Made by a program: the position numbers and the translations under genes. A stretch of DNA of 64,000 bases from Octopus vulgaris (lineage: Eukaryota), in contig OX597840.1 in assembly GCA_951406725.2 (NCBI GenBank), forward strand, positions 13,330,001 to 13,394,000, in the 5' to 3' direction. This document shows, piece by piece, positions 1 through 14,010 of this stretch (positions are counted from its first letter, which is position 1; each line of letters starts with the position of its first letter). Below the pieces are notes generated by a model. The model worked only from the letters and a program-made list of their open reading frames with translations. It made no database searches and was not told the DNA's origin.

Positions 1-165
1 CGTTAATTTTACAAGCTAGCTGTCCCGTTGATTGGATCAACTGGAACCCTAGTCATCATAACTGATGGAATGCCAGTTTTTATGCAAATGAGGAAAAGGG
101 AAAGGGTTTATGTCTACCATGTTCATTGAAATATATTGTAATGTCTCTCTCTCTCTTCCTCCACC

Positions 166-201
<36 letters not shown>

Positions 202-1734
202 GCATGTGAGCATATTTCTGTACATGTATGAGCAAAGAAGTGTTTGCCAATTATATTCTATAATGTCTCTTTCCTCTTCATCCTCCTGTTCCTCTCTCTC
301 TCTCTCTCTGTTTATCTGTGGGAGTATATTTCTCTTTATGCATATGAAGAGAGGGGAAAAGTCTTCTTGTCAACCAGGTCCAAGTAACAAATTATAATCT
401 CTCTCTCCCTCTCATTCACTTTCTGCTTCTGTGTCTATATTTCTGCATATATGCATGTGTGTGCTTCCAGCACCAAAACCTGTTGCCAAAACAGGTCGAA
501 TAAACATGAGTACATATACGTTTTTTTTTTTCATTTATATTTGGCAGAAGTTACAGAGTAACTCAAGGGCCAAAAGTTTCATGCATCAAACTGATAAGTG
601 CCAATGCACGAAACTCTCGACCCTTGTGTCACTCTTTAACTTCTACTGTTTATTAATAAAGGACTTACGTATTCTAAACATTGTATTCTGGAGATATGCT
701 TTCCAAATCTACACAGTCTGCAACTTAAATCACAATTTTAATCCTTCATCATTTTCATTTCTTAATATCCTTGCTCTGGGAAAGGCATGGATGTCACATA
801 ATCATATTTATTGACCCCCCTTCTTTATAAATCTGAGCTCGTAATTGCTATATAATAAATGAATATACTTACATACGAATATATGGTGGTGGTGGTGGTG
901 GTGGTGATGGTAAGTAGTGGTGGTGGTGGTTGTGGTGGTAAGATGTGAGTGGAGAACGACATGTGGTGGGGACTACAGTATTGAAGATTACACACAAACA
1001 TACACATGCACACATACAAGCAGGCACATACATATACACACACACTCAAGTGTACATACTGTTATTGTTTTCGAGGAAACAAATAAAATATCTTCTATCC
1101 ATATCATTTGCTATGTGTACCGTTGTTTATTGTTATAGCAACTAGTGAAGAATCACCAGGTTCAAATCTTAACCCAAGCACTCGTTTGGGGCACTAAACC
1201 AGAACATTTATTTTTTAATTTATTTATTGTTTTTTTTTTAATGGTTTAATCAAAGAAGAAGGGGACATGAGCCATGATCCTTTATATTTGAGCTTCCACG
1301 AAGGGTTATAGGCAGAGCCCTTAAAGAAAGATAAAAATAAAAAAGGAACAATAGTCCTATCTCCAGACCTGGGTTAACTGCTTGTAACACAGTGGACGAC
1401 TCCAAAGGTACCCAAGTTGACTGGATGGTGACAGTGGAGGAGATGGTGGTGGTGTTGGTAGAGATGGTGGTATGACCCTCAAGCAACTGATTAAGTTCCC
1501 TACTTGATGTTATGATGCCATCTTTCTACATGGCTTACCTCAATTCTATACCGTTATTGAAAATTTCTGTATTTTCTGGCATACTATTTGACTTAGTATA
1601 TAGCATAAACATTGAAACATCGTCCCTATCTTTCCAAATCTTGCTGCATTTCACATGGAATCTTTGACCCTACAAAGCCGTCTTGCTGTTTATTTATTAT
1701 TATCATTTATTTATTTATTTTTTTTTGTTTGCTG

Positions 1735-2003
1735 TACATTTTTGTCTGAAAAATTCGACTTATATACTAGAAAATACGGTACCTGCAGCTACCACACTTA
1801 GTTGTAAATTTTCGCCTGAAACATTTGACTTGTATACAAGAAAATATGGTACCTGTGACTACTACACTTAGCTGAACATTTTGGTCTGAAAAATTCGACT
1901 TATATACCAGAAAATATGGTACCTGTAGCTACCACACTTAGCTGTTAATTTTTACCTGAAACATTCAACTTGTATACCAGAAAATACGGTACCTGCGACT
2001 ACC
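1735..2003 (+). repeat. Minisatellite, 4 x ~70 bp, unit resembles a pogo/Tigger-type transposon end
   Basis: gacttatatac.agaaaata(c/t)ggtacctg..ctaccacacttag recurs every 70 bp. Confidence 0.85.
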
Positions 2004-5000
2004 AGCCATCGCCTACAGCATCATCTCTTTCCCAGCCACTACACCTACCAGTCTGTAACTGATGATGTGAGAAGAAAGAAACAGGGAGAGTTTCACCCAA
2101 GCCGGATGTAAAATGTGAAAAAATAATAATAATAATAAAAGTTTACATTTATGAATTTCAAGAAAAGAAGCATTCAACCCATGCTAGCATGTCATAACAA
2201 AATGGGGTAAATAAATGTATTTCAACAACGAAGATCCATATTGTTTTTAGTTCCATAATTCTGGTTTCCCTCTTTCTTAAACGGAGTTAAGAATATTACT
2301 GGTATTGTGTAGTTAGTAAGTCAGCTGTTTAAGAATTAGTTCTAGGTTCAAGCCGAGGAACTACTCAAAGTCTTAACTATTTGTACAACACAGTATTGCA
2401 TGAGATTGTATTGTTCAGTCAGTCCTGAAATGCATGAGATGACAAAAATTATACTAACATTGTTTACATTCATTTTGGAGGAAGTAAGGAACTCTGATGT
2501 AAGGAACAAAACTAACACTTCTATCATCTATTTTTCTGCAGTAACAGAATTATTAAGGGCCTGGGCTTTTGGCATAGAACAGGATGTTAAAGGTTAATTT
2601 ATGGCTACACATATTTCTCATACACGTGCCTCTGTGTGCATGCACACGGGTGTGTATTGATATATATACATATATATATATGTAAGTATGTATTTATATA
2701 TGTATAACTCCAAGAAGATTGGTATGGATCTGTGTCAACAAAACTCATATTTAGTAAAAAGAAGTTGACAAAATGGATACAATGAACTTGTGGTGAGGAG
2801 TGGAAAATCTGATGTTTCGGACAATCAACGTGCAGCAAATTGTTCTCTTAGCTTTTCTTTGAAGACAATCCGTCCAGAACATATTTTCAGCTCCACACAA
2901 AGTTCAATGTACTCATATTGTTTCAGTCATTAGACTGTGGCCATGCTGGGGCACCACATTGTAGGATTTTTGTCAGACAAATCAACCCCTCTACTTGCTA
3001 TTATTTTATTAAGCCTGGTACTTTTTCTGTCAGACTGTTTTTGCCTAACTACTACGTTACGGGGACATAAACAAACCAACACTGGCTGTCAAATGGTGAT
3101 GGAGGACCAAGCACACACATTTGAGTTTCTGTCAAATGCATTCACAAAGTCTTTGATTAGCTTGGCTTCGGGCTATAGAAGACATTTGCCCAAGGTGCAA
3201 AGTAGTGGGACTGAACTCAGAACCATGTGTTTAGGATGCACACTTCTTACCAACATATATATATATATATATGGATCAAAACAGTTTGATTGAAATTCAT
3301 TGGTACTCAAAGTTTCAAGCATGATGCTAATCTTCAACCATTAGCTGAAGATATATATATATCATAGCATACAATAATATATAATATATATGTTTATTAT
3401 ATATGCTATTAATATATATATTCTATGCTATAATATATATGCTATAACATATATATGTCATAGCATAGAATATATATATTAATAGCATATGGCGGTGCCC
3501 CAGCATGGCCACAGCTCATAAGCTGAAACTAGAATCAATCAATCAATCATATATTATAGTGTTGTGTGGTAAGAAGCTTGCTTCCCAACCACATGGTTCC
3601 GGGTTCAGTCCCACTGCATGGCATCTTGGGGAGGTGTCTTCTACTATAGCCTTAGGCTAACCCAAACCTTGTGAGTGGATTTGGTTGATTTGTGTGTTTG
3701 TCTTCCTACCACCATCACTTGACAACCGGCTGTGCTTATGTCCCCGGAACTTCATGGTTCAGCAAAAAGAGACTGATAGAATAAGTACTAGGCTTACAAA
3801 AAATAAGTCCTGAGGTTCATTGGTTCGTATAAAGGCGGTGCTCCAGCATAGCCACAGTCAAATGACTGAAACAAATAAAAGAATATATTATAGAATAGAA
3901 GAAAAAAATCTAACATTGCATGTAGGATTTGAATGCTACATGTGCTGTAAACCATGTAGCTGTGCCAATCACTATACCAAAGTGACATTACAATTTTGAC
4001 TGTCCACATTGCGAGATATAAGGCAAGAAGCTTAAGGTTTCACATAGCAATGGCCTGTCAACAAGGGATTTAAACCACACACAAATCACTGCATCTTATA
4101 TGCACTTAATATGGGGGATGGAAAAATGTAAGATTGCACATACACATACACGTGTGTGTGTTTGGGAAGAGGCTTAGCCTAGTGGTTAGGGAGTCAGACT
4201 CATGGTCGTAAGATTGTGGTTTCGATTCCTGGACAGGGTGATGCATTGTGTTCTTGAGCAAAACACTTCATTTCACGTTGCTCCAGTCCCCCTTTCAATC
4301 AGGGGGTGGGGAATGTTGGCCTGCTCGCTTAGCCAGCAGGGTAGCGTCATCTGACGGCTAAAACAATTCAAAAGTGCATTGTGACCAGTGATGTGTAATA
4401 ATATTTGACAGTGTGGTTGGTTATGTGATCACATTATACATATGTGTGTGTGTGGAGGACCAGTGGTTAGGGCATTGGACTGTGGCGGACTTGTGATCAT
4501 AGGATCGCAGTTTCAATTCCCAGACTGGGCATTGTGAGTGTTTATTGAGCAAAAACACTTAAAACTCCACGAGGCTCCAGCAGGGGGTAGTGGCAAACCC
4601 AGCTGTACTCTTTCACCACAAATTTCTTTCCTCCTGTTTCTGTTGTACCTGTATTTTAAAGGGCCAGCCTTGTCACATTCTGTATCATGCTGAATCTCCC
4701 TGAGAACTATGTTAAGGGTACACATGTCAGTGGAGTGCTCAGCCACTTGCATGTTAAGTTCATGAGCAGGCTATTTCGTTGATCGGATCAACTGGAACCC
4801 TCATCGTCATAACCGATGAAGTGCCGTAGTAATATATATATATATATATCTTTTATTTGTTTCAGTCATTAGACTGCAGCCACACTGGGGCACTGCCTTG
4901 AAGAATTCTTTTATTGCTGAATGAATCAACCCCTATATTTATCCTTTTATCCTATTGGTCTCTTTATGGGAACGTAAACATACAAACACTGGTTGTCAAT

Positions 5001-5340
5001 GGTAGTGGGGGACAAACACAGACACTCACACAGATGCTATATATATATATATATATAGGATGGGCTGCTTTCAGTTTCCATCTACCAAATCCACCCACGA
5101 GGCTTTGATCGGCCCAAGGTTGTAGCAGAAGATAGTTGCACAAAGTGCCAAGCAGTGAGACCAAGCCCAGAACCATATGGTTGGGAATTGGGAAGCAAGC
5201 CTCTTACACATAGCTATGCCTGTACCTGTCCCCTGATCCAACACGACTCTTATGGAACAAACAACTCAATTAGACTCCCATGAACATGTAAAGAACCCCA
5301 TTGTTTTTTCTTTTTTATATAAAAAAAAAGCACCAAAAAA

Positions 5341-6500
5341 CATGGTCAATGCAGAAACTAGGGATAGACGAGTGGTTGGTGAAAGCTGTGCAGGTCATGT
5401 ACAGGGGCACTATCAGTAAGGTGAGGATTGGCAATGAGCACAGCGAAGCAATCAGGGTACAAGTAAAGGTTCACCAAGGATCAGTTCTCAGCCCCCACTT
5501 GTTCATCATAGTACTCCAGGCAATAACAGAGGAGTTTAAGACAGGCTGCCCCTGGGAGCTCCTCTATGCTGATGACCTTGTTCTTATAGCTGAATCACTA
5601 CCAGGACTGGAGAAGAAGTTTCAGGTATGGAAACAAGGTCTAGAATAGAAGGGCCTTAGAGTTAACCTCGCAAAAACCAAAATTGTAGTAAATAGGAAGG
5701 CAGACAAATGACAAATCCCTCCAGGTAGATGGCTCTACTCAATCTGTAGAAAAGGTGTGTGTAGAAACTCTATAAGATGTAGCTGGTGTAAGCTTTGGAC
5801 GCATAAGAGGTGCAGCAATATCAGAGGAAGGTTAACAGGAAAAATAGTCTTTGTGTGTGGAATATGCACAGGTACAATTAACACTGAAAATGTACAGAAA
5901 ATAGACTCCATCAACTGCCAGGGAGGTGGGGGTAAGCTTCTGTTATCTAAGTGACTAAGTAGCAGAGGTGGATGCTCCGAGAGCGTAGCTGTGAGAATAA
6001 GAATAGGCTGGACAAAGTTCAGAGAGCTCCTACCTCTGATGGCAACAAAGGGCCTCTCTCTTGCAGAGTGAAAAACAGATTGTATGATGTTTGTGTGCGA
6101 AGAGCTATGCTACACAGCAGTGAAACATGGGCTGTGACAGCCGATGATATGCATAGGCTTGAAAGAAATGAAGCTAGTACGCTTTCCTGGATGTACAATG
6201 TCAGTATGCATGTATAACAGAGTGTAAGCATCTTGAGAGAAAAGGTGGGCATAAGAGGCATCAGATGTGGTGTGCAAGGGAGACAACTGCGCTGATCTGG
6301 TCGTGTGATGTGCATGGACGAGGACAGTTGTGTAAAGAAGTGCCAATCTCTAACTGTGGACTGAACCTGTTGAGATAAACCCAGGAAGACATGGGACGAG
6401 GTAGTGAAGCATGATCTTTGAATTTTGGGCCTCACAGAGGCACTGATTAGTGATTGAGACTTTTGGCAATATGCTGTTCTTGAAAAGACCCATTAAGCCA
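5341..6500 (+). mobile_element. Decayed RTE-clade LINE 3' part (RT C-half, PHD-like finger, C-terminus)
   Basis: VHQGSVLSP.LF, LLYADDLVL, SIRCSWCKLWTHKRC...FVCGIC, MLHSSETWAV; stops and frameshifts. Confidence 0.88.
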
Positions 6501-7159
6501 AGTGAAATTGTAATCATGGCTGATGCTGGTGTCGTAACTGATACATAAAAAGTACCTTTTGAATATTGGGCCTTATAGAGGCAAAGTGGTCAATGCTGGG
6601 AGCCCATGGAAATCTCCTTTCGAGTGTTGGGCCTCACAGAGGCTATGACGAATGACCAAGACCTTTAGCATCATGTCGTGCTTGAGAAGAAGACCCATCA
6701 GGCCAAATAAAGTCAAAGTCGTTGCAGATACTTGTGTTACGGAAATGGCAGCCGTGCCGGTGACACATAAAAGGACCCATTACAGAGTGGTTGGCACTAG
6801 GAAGGGTATCCAACTGTAGAAACCATGTTAAATCAGACTGGAGTCTGGTGCAGCCTTCCGGCTTGCCAGCCTTGGTCAAACCGTTCAACCCATGGTCAAT
6901 GGATGTTAAACGATGATGATTATATACACATACACATACACACAAAGAAACAAGGGGTACTGAAAAGTTCCTGGTTTTGGCAAAAGAAAATACAGGAGGG
7001 TCAGTTAATTATGATTTTATTCAACATAATCCACACTTATTGCAGCAGCCCTTCAGATTTTCTAAGCTCTGTAAAAGGACTGGGATGGTTGGGCCTCCAA
7101 CTAGGCCTTTTGCAGTACCCTTAAAGCCAGGTACTTTACAGCTTAAAAATTCCAACAGG

Positions 7160-7690
7160 TCCCTAATCTCCTCAGAGAAGACTAAACATCTATATATGAT
7201 TGACACCAATACTTATGACAGGTTGTTAGAAAACAACATTACACAGATCAATAGAAGCACTTCCTTACACACATACATCATCAGTGAAGCCAAACAATTG
7301 GCCAACAACTTAGATATAGCAAATAGGGCAGAGATTTTAGCTAAAAGGAATGCCTTTATTACTGTCAAAGACTATAAACTGAATTTTGCCTTCAACCTGG
7401 CAAAATCCAAGACCTGTCTGGCGAGCAAACACATACTGAGAAACATCAAAAACAACATAAGGAGAGCCACCAACCTCTCCCTATGGTATAGCACCAACAA
7501 GGTGGTTACATGGTTTAATACCAACAAGGGGAGAGGCAGAGCAAGGTTCGATATTTACTCACTTTTATCGAAAGGGTTACTGGTCAAGGCATTTTCCTTC
7601 GCTAAGGTCTTCACTGTCATTAGTGATGAGGACATAGATGTCATTATGCATGCCAGAAAAACAGTACTGTTCAATAAGGGTTCGACTTAA
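7160..7690 (+). mobile_element. Penelope-like element RT N-terminal fragment
   Basis: KT..LY....YDRLLENNIT, AFITVKD.K.NF, SKHIL, W.ST..VV.WF, FDI, DIDVIMHARKTVLF resemble the PLE RT N-terminal region. Confidence 0.72.
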
Positions 7691-7777
7691 TAAGTGCTAT
7701 AGACAGACCATAGTTAAGTTCCAAATTCGGTAATATTGCGAATAAATGGTTCAACGTTGGTTCTATGTCAGTGTGTA

Positions 7778-7925
7778 TATATAAGAAATTTTGCGTAATA
7801 CGATTAAAAAAACCAAGGCTGTGTAGATATTAGAGCATTTATAGATAGAAAGTCTATTTATCTATAAATGGTCTAATATCTACACGGCCTTGGTTTTTTA
7901 TCTTATAATGCAAAAAATTCTTATA
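7778..7925. repeat. Imperfect palindrome between (TA)n tracts
   Basis: aaccaaggctgtgtagatattagagcatttatagata pairs with tatctataaatggtctaatatctacacggccttggtt. Confidence 0.85.
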
Positions 7926-7990
7926 TATATATATATATATATATATATAGATATATATATAGAAGGTTGAAAAGGAACACACGAGTTGAT

Positions 7991-8387
7991 ATATATGGAA
8001 AAAAAGTCAAGAAAGAAAATGCTAAAATAATTTTATAAAAACCATTTCAGTACCAATTTCAGTCATTGACACTTTTTCAAATGTAAATTTGGAAAAAAAT
8101 TTTGAAAAGTTATAAGAAAAGTTTTTTAAAAGAATATTTGCATAGTCTTCAAATACAACTAGCATTTTCCTTGTTTCTACCAAAGAGAGAGAGAAGCAGG
8201 CAGAAACAAGGAAAATGCCACTTGTATTTGAAGACTATGCAAATATTCTTTTAAAAAAACTTTTCTTTTAATTTTTCTAAATTTAATTGTTTAATTGTTA
8301 CAGTTGAAAAAGTCTCAATGGCTGAAACCGGTACTGAAATGTTTTTTATAAAATTATTTTAGCATTTTCTATCCTTGACTTTTTTTT

Positions 8388-8396
<9 letters not shown>
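7991..8396. repeat. ~400-bp fold-back repeat with a degenerate hammerhead motif (PLE remnant)
   Basis: Arms 7991..8180 and 8205..8396 are reverse complements; cag-ttgaaaa-agtc..ggct-gaaa-ccgg-ta-ctg at 8301..8336. Confidence 0.8.
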
Positions 8397-8429
<33 letters not shown>

Positions 8430-9651
8430 CAGGCTTCTTTCAAGACAATAAGTTACAACCATAGAACGAAGAGCAGTCTCAGGTAGATTGGTACCAACAG
8501 AGTTAATCCTTTTGTTGCAAAATTTCTGTTGAACTACATTATCTGTGATTTAAAGAATTTTGAAAATAATAAAGAATTTAATAAAATAACTTTGGTTTTT
8601 GGAACATAAATCAACATAAAATTTTGATGGAAGGTTTTTAATTTAAATCTCTTTCAAGCAAGACATTTGTATTACAGAACTAGTGATGATCTCGAAAGGA
8701 TTAAACATAATCCATTAGCCCTTTAGCATTCAGATTACTCTGCCAAATGTAATGCTAATTTCTTCACATTTCTTCACAATTAATCAAGGATTATCTGACT
8801 GCTTTTATTTTTGTTTTTAGTAGCCAGTTGTAAAATCTCGAAGAGATCAGTATAGTAGCTCTACTAATAAGTAAAGTTAATCTCCACATCAAAGTGGCTG
8901 TTCTGTGTTACTACTAGTTTAACCCCAGGCAGATCTTCCACCAGCTGTACATATTGAAGATCGAGGGAAAGAGAGAGAGAGAGAGTATGAAACAGCAAAA
9001 GTGTTAGAGAGAGAGCAGGAGAAAGTTGGTGAAGTTCTAGAAGATACTCACAAGTAACAAGGAACAGAGCATAGATGTGGTGGTAGAGTAAAGAAAAGAA
9101 AGGTACAAAAGTCATCATATATGCAGTGAGCTGTTGCCAAGAAGGCGCAATTGCAGTGACTGGCAAAAACCTTGGTAGAGGGCTGTGAGAGCAGAAAAGG
9201 GCACTGGAAGAAAATCATCATTTATGAAGAGGAAAAGTGAGGAAGAGAAAGATGCTGTTTACAAGAGAAGATGTAGTTCAGCTTCTTGATGTAGGGTGTG
9301 TGAAAAGTTTGTTGTTACATGTGGGTTGGACACAACTCTTCTAGCACTCAGTTTTGCTGATGTGAACGGGTCTTCCTCTAGAACCTCATATCACCAAACA
9401 TCTCAGTCTATTGTCATTTCCTCCATGAGCCCCAACAACCTAGAGTCAGTCCTCACCACTTCATCCATATACACATACACACATACACAATATAATATCA
9501 TACACACACAATATAATATCACACACACACACATACATACATACATATATATAACGGGAAGCTTTATGAAAATAGACAAAAGACGAAGGCAGGTGGGAAA
9601 CAAACAAACAATTGTATTAGTATGGCGCTCAGGAAATATAAATAAAACAAG

Positions 9652-9689
9652 TCTTTAACGTTTCGAGCCTACGCTCTTCAACAGAAAGA
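9652..9689 (-). ncRNA. Minimal hammerhead-like motif, variant core CUGUUGA
   Basis: Minus strand tcttt-CTGTTGA-a-gagc(gtag)gctc-GAAA-cg-TT-aaaga: stem I 5 bp, stem II 4 bp, palindromic ACGU stem III. Confidence 0.6.
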
Positions 9690-10019
9690 TACACAGAGAG
9701 AAAAAAAACACAGAAAGAAGGAGAGAAAAAAAAATGCGTGTAGTAACTAACGAACCAACATGGCGATCTGATTTTGGCCAGAGGTCAAAGATCAAACATG
9801 AGACGCGAGAGCGAAATAAGGGGAGATAATAGGGTTGATAATAGGGTTGAATGACCAGCTATTAGTGCGTAGGAGAGGTCTGGACGTGTGTATGTATAGG
9901 GTTGGTGTATGTATTAGTATGTATTAGTATGTATTAGTACGTATTAGTATGTATTAGTTGGTGTATGTATTAGTATGGCACATCATATATGATGTGATGT
10001 GTAAAGTTGTGTGGTGTAG

Positions 10020-10300
10020 TGTGGAGAGAGGAGAAGAGGGGGGGGAGGGGGGAGGAGAGGAGGGTGGGGAGGGGTGGGGAGGGGGAGGAGATGAGGGGGG
10101 AGGAGGGGGAGGAGAGGGAGGAGGGGGAGAAGGAAGGGGAGGAAGGAGGAAAGAGGGAGAGGGGGAGAGAGAAGGGGAGTGAGGGAGCAGAGGGAAGGGG
10201 AAGAGGGAAGGAGGGAGGGAGAAAGAGGGAAGAAGGGAAGGGGAGTAGGGGTAAAAGGATGAAGGACTGAAGAAGTAGGGGTCGGGGGGGGGGGGGAAGG
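10020..10300 (+). repeat. Polypurine GGA/GGG low-complexity tract
   Basis: Almost entirely G/A for ~280 bp. Confidence 0.9.
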
Positions 10301-10413
10301 ACTTAGTCAATTCGAGGATTGGGGATTAAATAATCCAAAAATTTTACTAGTTAATCACTATCACATAAGAAGAAAGCCTCAACAATATGTTAAGGATTAT
10401 TATAGTAATACAT

Positions 10414-10742
10414 GGCACAGTGGTTAGAGTGCCGAGCTTACGCTCTTGAGGTTGTGAGTTTGATTCCCAGACCAGGCTGTGTGTTGTGTTCTTGAGCAAG
10501 ACACTTTATTTCTCATTGCTCCAGTTCAATCAGCTGTAGAAATGAGTTGCAACATCACTGGTGCCAAGCTGTATCAGCCCCTTTGCCTTTCCTTTGGATA
10601 ACATCAGTGGTGTGGAGAGGGGAGGCTGGCATTCATGGGCGACTGCTGGTCTTCCATAAAACAACCTTGCCCGGATTTGTACCTCGGAGGGTAACTTTCT
10701 AGGTGCAATCCCATGGTCATTCATGACCGAAGGGGGTCTCCT
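10414..10742 (+). mobile_element. tRNA-derived SINE, family C (other copies ~4165..4430 +, ~35900..36215 -, ~46175..46365 -)
   Basis: A-box ggcacagtggtta, B-box gagtttgattccc, conserved gttgtgttcttgagcaagacac centre. Confidence 0.75.
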
Positions 10743-12056
10743 CACATATTGTTAGTAATGATGAAAGGAAAAAATGGTGGTTAAACATCCATAATTCTCT
10801 GTTTTCTTCCTTTTGTTCCTTTCTGTTGAAGAGCATAGGTTCGAAATGTAAAAGACTTTCTCGCTAAAACAACTGAGAAACTTACACGATATAAATGGGG
10901 AAGTCTTCAAAAGGAAACAGGAAACTCTCCTATTTCACAATACCAGATGAACCAATGGCTCGACATAAGGCACAGTTGAGGGCAACAGTGTCAAATACCC
11001 TCATACACCAGATGGGCCATTGACAATTTTGATGGGATCACATCAGTTGGAGGAGAGGAACCACGGAAGGATTGTGAAGAGTGCACAAAAATATAGAATG
11101 AATAAATGCATGACCACAGCCATCTGGCTGAAACACATAAAAGAGTAGAATAAAAGAAATATATATATATATACACATACACACACACACTATATGCTAT
11201 TGAAATTATATATATTTTAGTTTGAGTATATAGATCGGTAGCCACTACACACATTTTTTTCTCCCCTTGTTTTTTTTCCGTGTTCCATTCTGTAGAAGAG
11301 CGAAGGCTTGAAACGTAAAAGACTTTTTCTATTCCTGAGTGTTATACTAAATACATCTGTTTGTTTTGTACACCACCTGTCTTCATCTTTTGTTTTTTTT
11401 CATGATCTCTCCCTATATATATATGCTATTGAAATTATATATATATTTTAGTTTGAGTGTATATATATATACATATGTTAGTTTGAATAATGCACAGTAT
11501 TTGATTAGAAGTAAAAGGTTTGAGGTGTTGTGGGAGATGGTACAAGAAATAACAGCAGTGAGAGGAGATGTTGTGCAAACGTGGGTTGTTTACAATTAGA
11601 TTAATAAGAAAGTTTTGGATTCAGGTTACAGTTCTATTTATAGAATTAGTTATGCAAACTGCTAATTATGCAATGAGTTCACACTGAAGAATTAAAACTT
11701 CCAGACACCGTAACAGAGGCTAAATCTCCTGTCGCATTTAGATTTACTTTGCTTTTCTGACGATTATAAATCTGAGTAAAACAAGAAAAACCTGTGCAGT
11801 AACTGAGGTGAGAAATAATTAAATATTTTAATTCTTTTACCTTTTACTCTTTAAATGTTTCAGTCGTTAGACTGTAGCCATGCTGGGGCACCACCTTGAA
11901 ATTTGTAGTCGGATGAATCCCAGTACTAGTACTTACTCCATCGGTCTCCTTTGCTGCACTGTGCTAAGTTACAGGGATGTAAACACACCAACACCTTACT
12001 TTTAATTTACAAAATGTGACTCTTCACTCCTAATGGACATATATTTCCTACATATG

Positions 12057-12100
<44 letters not shown>

Positions 12101-12540
12101 TTAGAGATAAAACCACTATTATGCAACTCAAACAGTGATAGACATAAAGTTACATAATAGTGGTTTTGTCTCTAATTTATATTTTATATATTTATATTGT
12201 GAAATTTGATTTAATACTAAATTGAATTTTTCCCTGTAAGTTTAGAGTTATACTCCCTAATATTATATATATAATGTATGTATGTGGTGCTAAATTATTG
12301 TAAATTTAAAACAGTATAAATGAATTAACACCTCTGATTTTTTGGCCACCCTATATATATATATGTGTGTGTGTGTGTGTATGTGTTTTATGTATGTCAG
12401 GTATTATGTGTGTCAACAACCTAATAGCCTAGTTTAGCATTCGAGTTACATAATAGTGGTTTTATCATTCAAGTTACATAATAGTGTGTATATATATATA
12501 TATATATATATAGTGTAGGCGTAGGTATGGCTGTGTGGAT

Positions 12541-12930
12541 AGGCACAGGAGTGGCTGTGTGGTATGTAGCTTGCTTATGAACTACATGGTCCCGGATTCG
12601 GTCCCACTGCGTGGCACCTTGGGTAAGAGTCTTGAACTATAGCCTCGGGCCGACCAAAACCTTGTGAGTGGATTCGGTAGACGGAAACTGAAAGAAGCCC
12701 GTCGTATATATGTATATAAATATATGTATGTGTATGTGTGTGTATATGTTTGTGTGTCTGTGTTTGTCTCCCCAACAGCACTTGACAACCGATGCTTAGT
12801 GGTTCGGCAAAAGAGGCTGATAGATTAAGTACTAGGCAAAGGATAAGTCATGGGGTCGATTTGCTCGACTAAAAAAGGCGGTGCTCCAGCATGGCCACAG
12901 TCAAATGACTGAAACAAGTAAAAGAGAGTA
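12541..12930 (+). mobile_element. tRNA-derived SINE, family A
   Basis: gtggctgtgtggta...ggttcagtccc head, internal (TA)/(TG) tract, tail ccagcatggccacagtcaaatgactgaaacaagtaaaagag; more than 15 full or partial copies in the window. Confidence 0.85.
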
Positions 12931-13609
12931 AAGAGATTAGCATTCAAGTGATTCTGCCAAATGTAATGTTTATTTGTTGAAGTTTTGACTTAATCCTGGA
13001 TTATCTCATAGCTTTAAGATTTCAATAATGGGATTATTTATCTTTAGAATGACATTGTGGGTTGGCGTGAAAGACTGAATCTGACTTGTTTGAACATTAA
13101 ACAGGTAGAATATTTGGGCCAAACATGGTTAAATGGTTAGTGTTAAATGGTTAGTGTCATTTTATTAAATTCCCAAATATGTCCACAAATATTTCTCACA
13201 CCTTGTACTATGGACGTGATTATGCAGTAGACTGAGGGATAATTTTGTACCCTAATCTATCAAACATCTTAATTATGTTTGTGCCTATCACTAAGGGAAC
13301 AACTGCTTCCCTTCTTTCATTTGGTTAACTGAATTTATCCAGTCCACACTGTAAAGTGGTTGGCATTTGGAAGGACATCCAGCTGTAAAATCCATGCCCA
13401 AACTGACCTCTCCTGTGCTGGTGCCAGGTAAAAAGCACTCAGTCCATTCTGCTGAGTGATTGGTGTTAGGAAGGGCATCCAACCATAAAAACTATGCCAA
13501 AAACAGATGCTGAAGCTTGGTGCAGTCTTCTGCCTGGCCAGATCCTGCCAAACCGTCCAACCCATGCCAGCATGAAAAACAGACGTTAAATGATGAAGAT
13601 TATGATATA

Positions 13610-14010
13610 GGCACAGGAATGGCTGTGTTGTAGGTAGCTTGCTTATGAACCACATGGTTCTGGGTTCAGTCCCACTGCGTGGCACCTTGGGCAAGTGTCT
13701 TCTACTAAAGCCTCAGGCCGACCAAAGCCTTGTGAGTGGATTTGGTAGACGGAAACTGCAAAAAGCTCATCGTATATATGTATATATATAGATGTATGTG
13801 TTTGTGTGTCTGTGTCTGTCCCCCAACATCGCTTGACAACTGATGCTGGTGTGTTTAGGTACCTGTAACTTAGCAGTTTGACAAAAAGAGACCGATAGAA
13901 TAAGTACTAGGCTTACAAAGAATAAGTCCTAGGGTCGATTTGCTCGACTAAAGGTGGTGCTCCAGCATGGCCACAGTCACATGACTGAAACAAGTAAAAG
14001 AGTAAAAGAG
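13610..14010 (+). mobile_element. SINE family A copy
   Basis: Near-identical to 12541..12930 and 32645..33070. Confidence 0.85.

Noticed and set aside
110-1145. Short ORFs at the window start
   Set aside because: CT, GGT and CA microsatellite-derived; no homology recognisable
9954-10310. Proline-rich and Gly/Glu-rich ORFs
   Set aside because: Translation of a polypurine low-complexity tract
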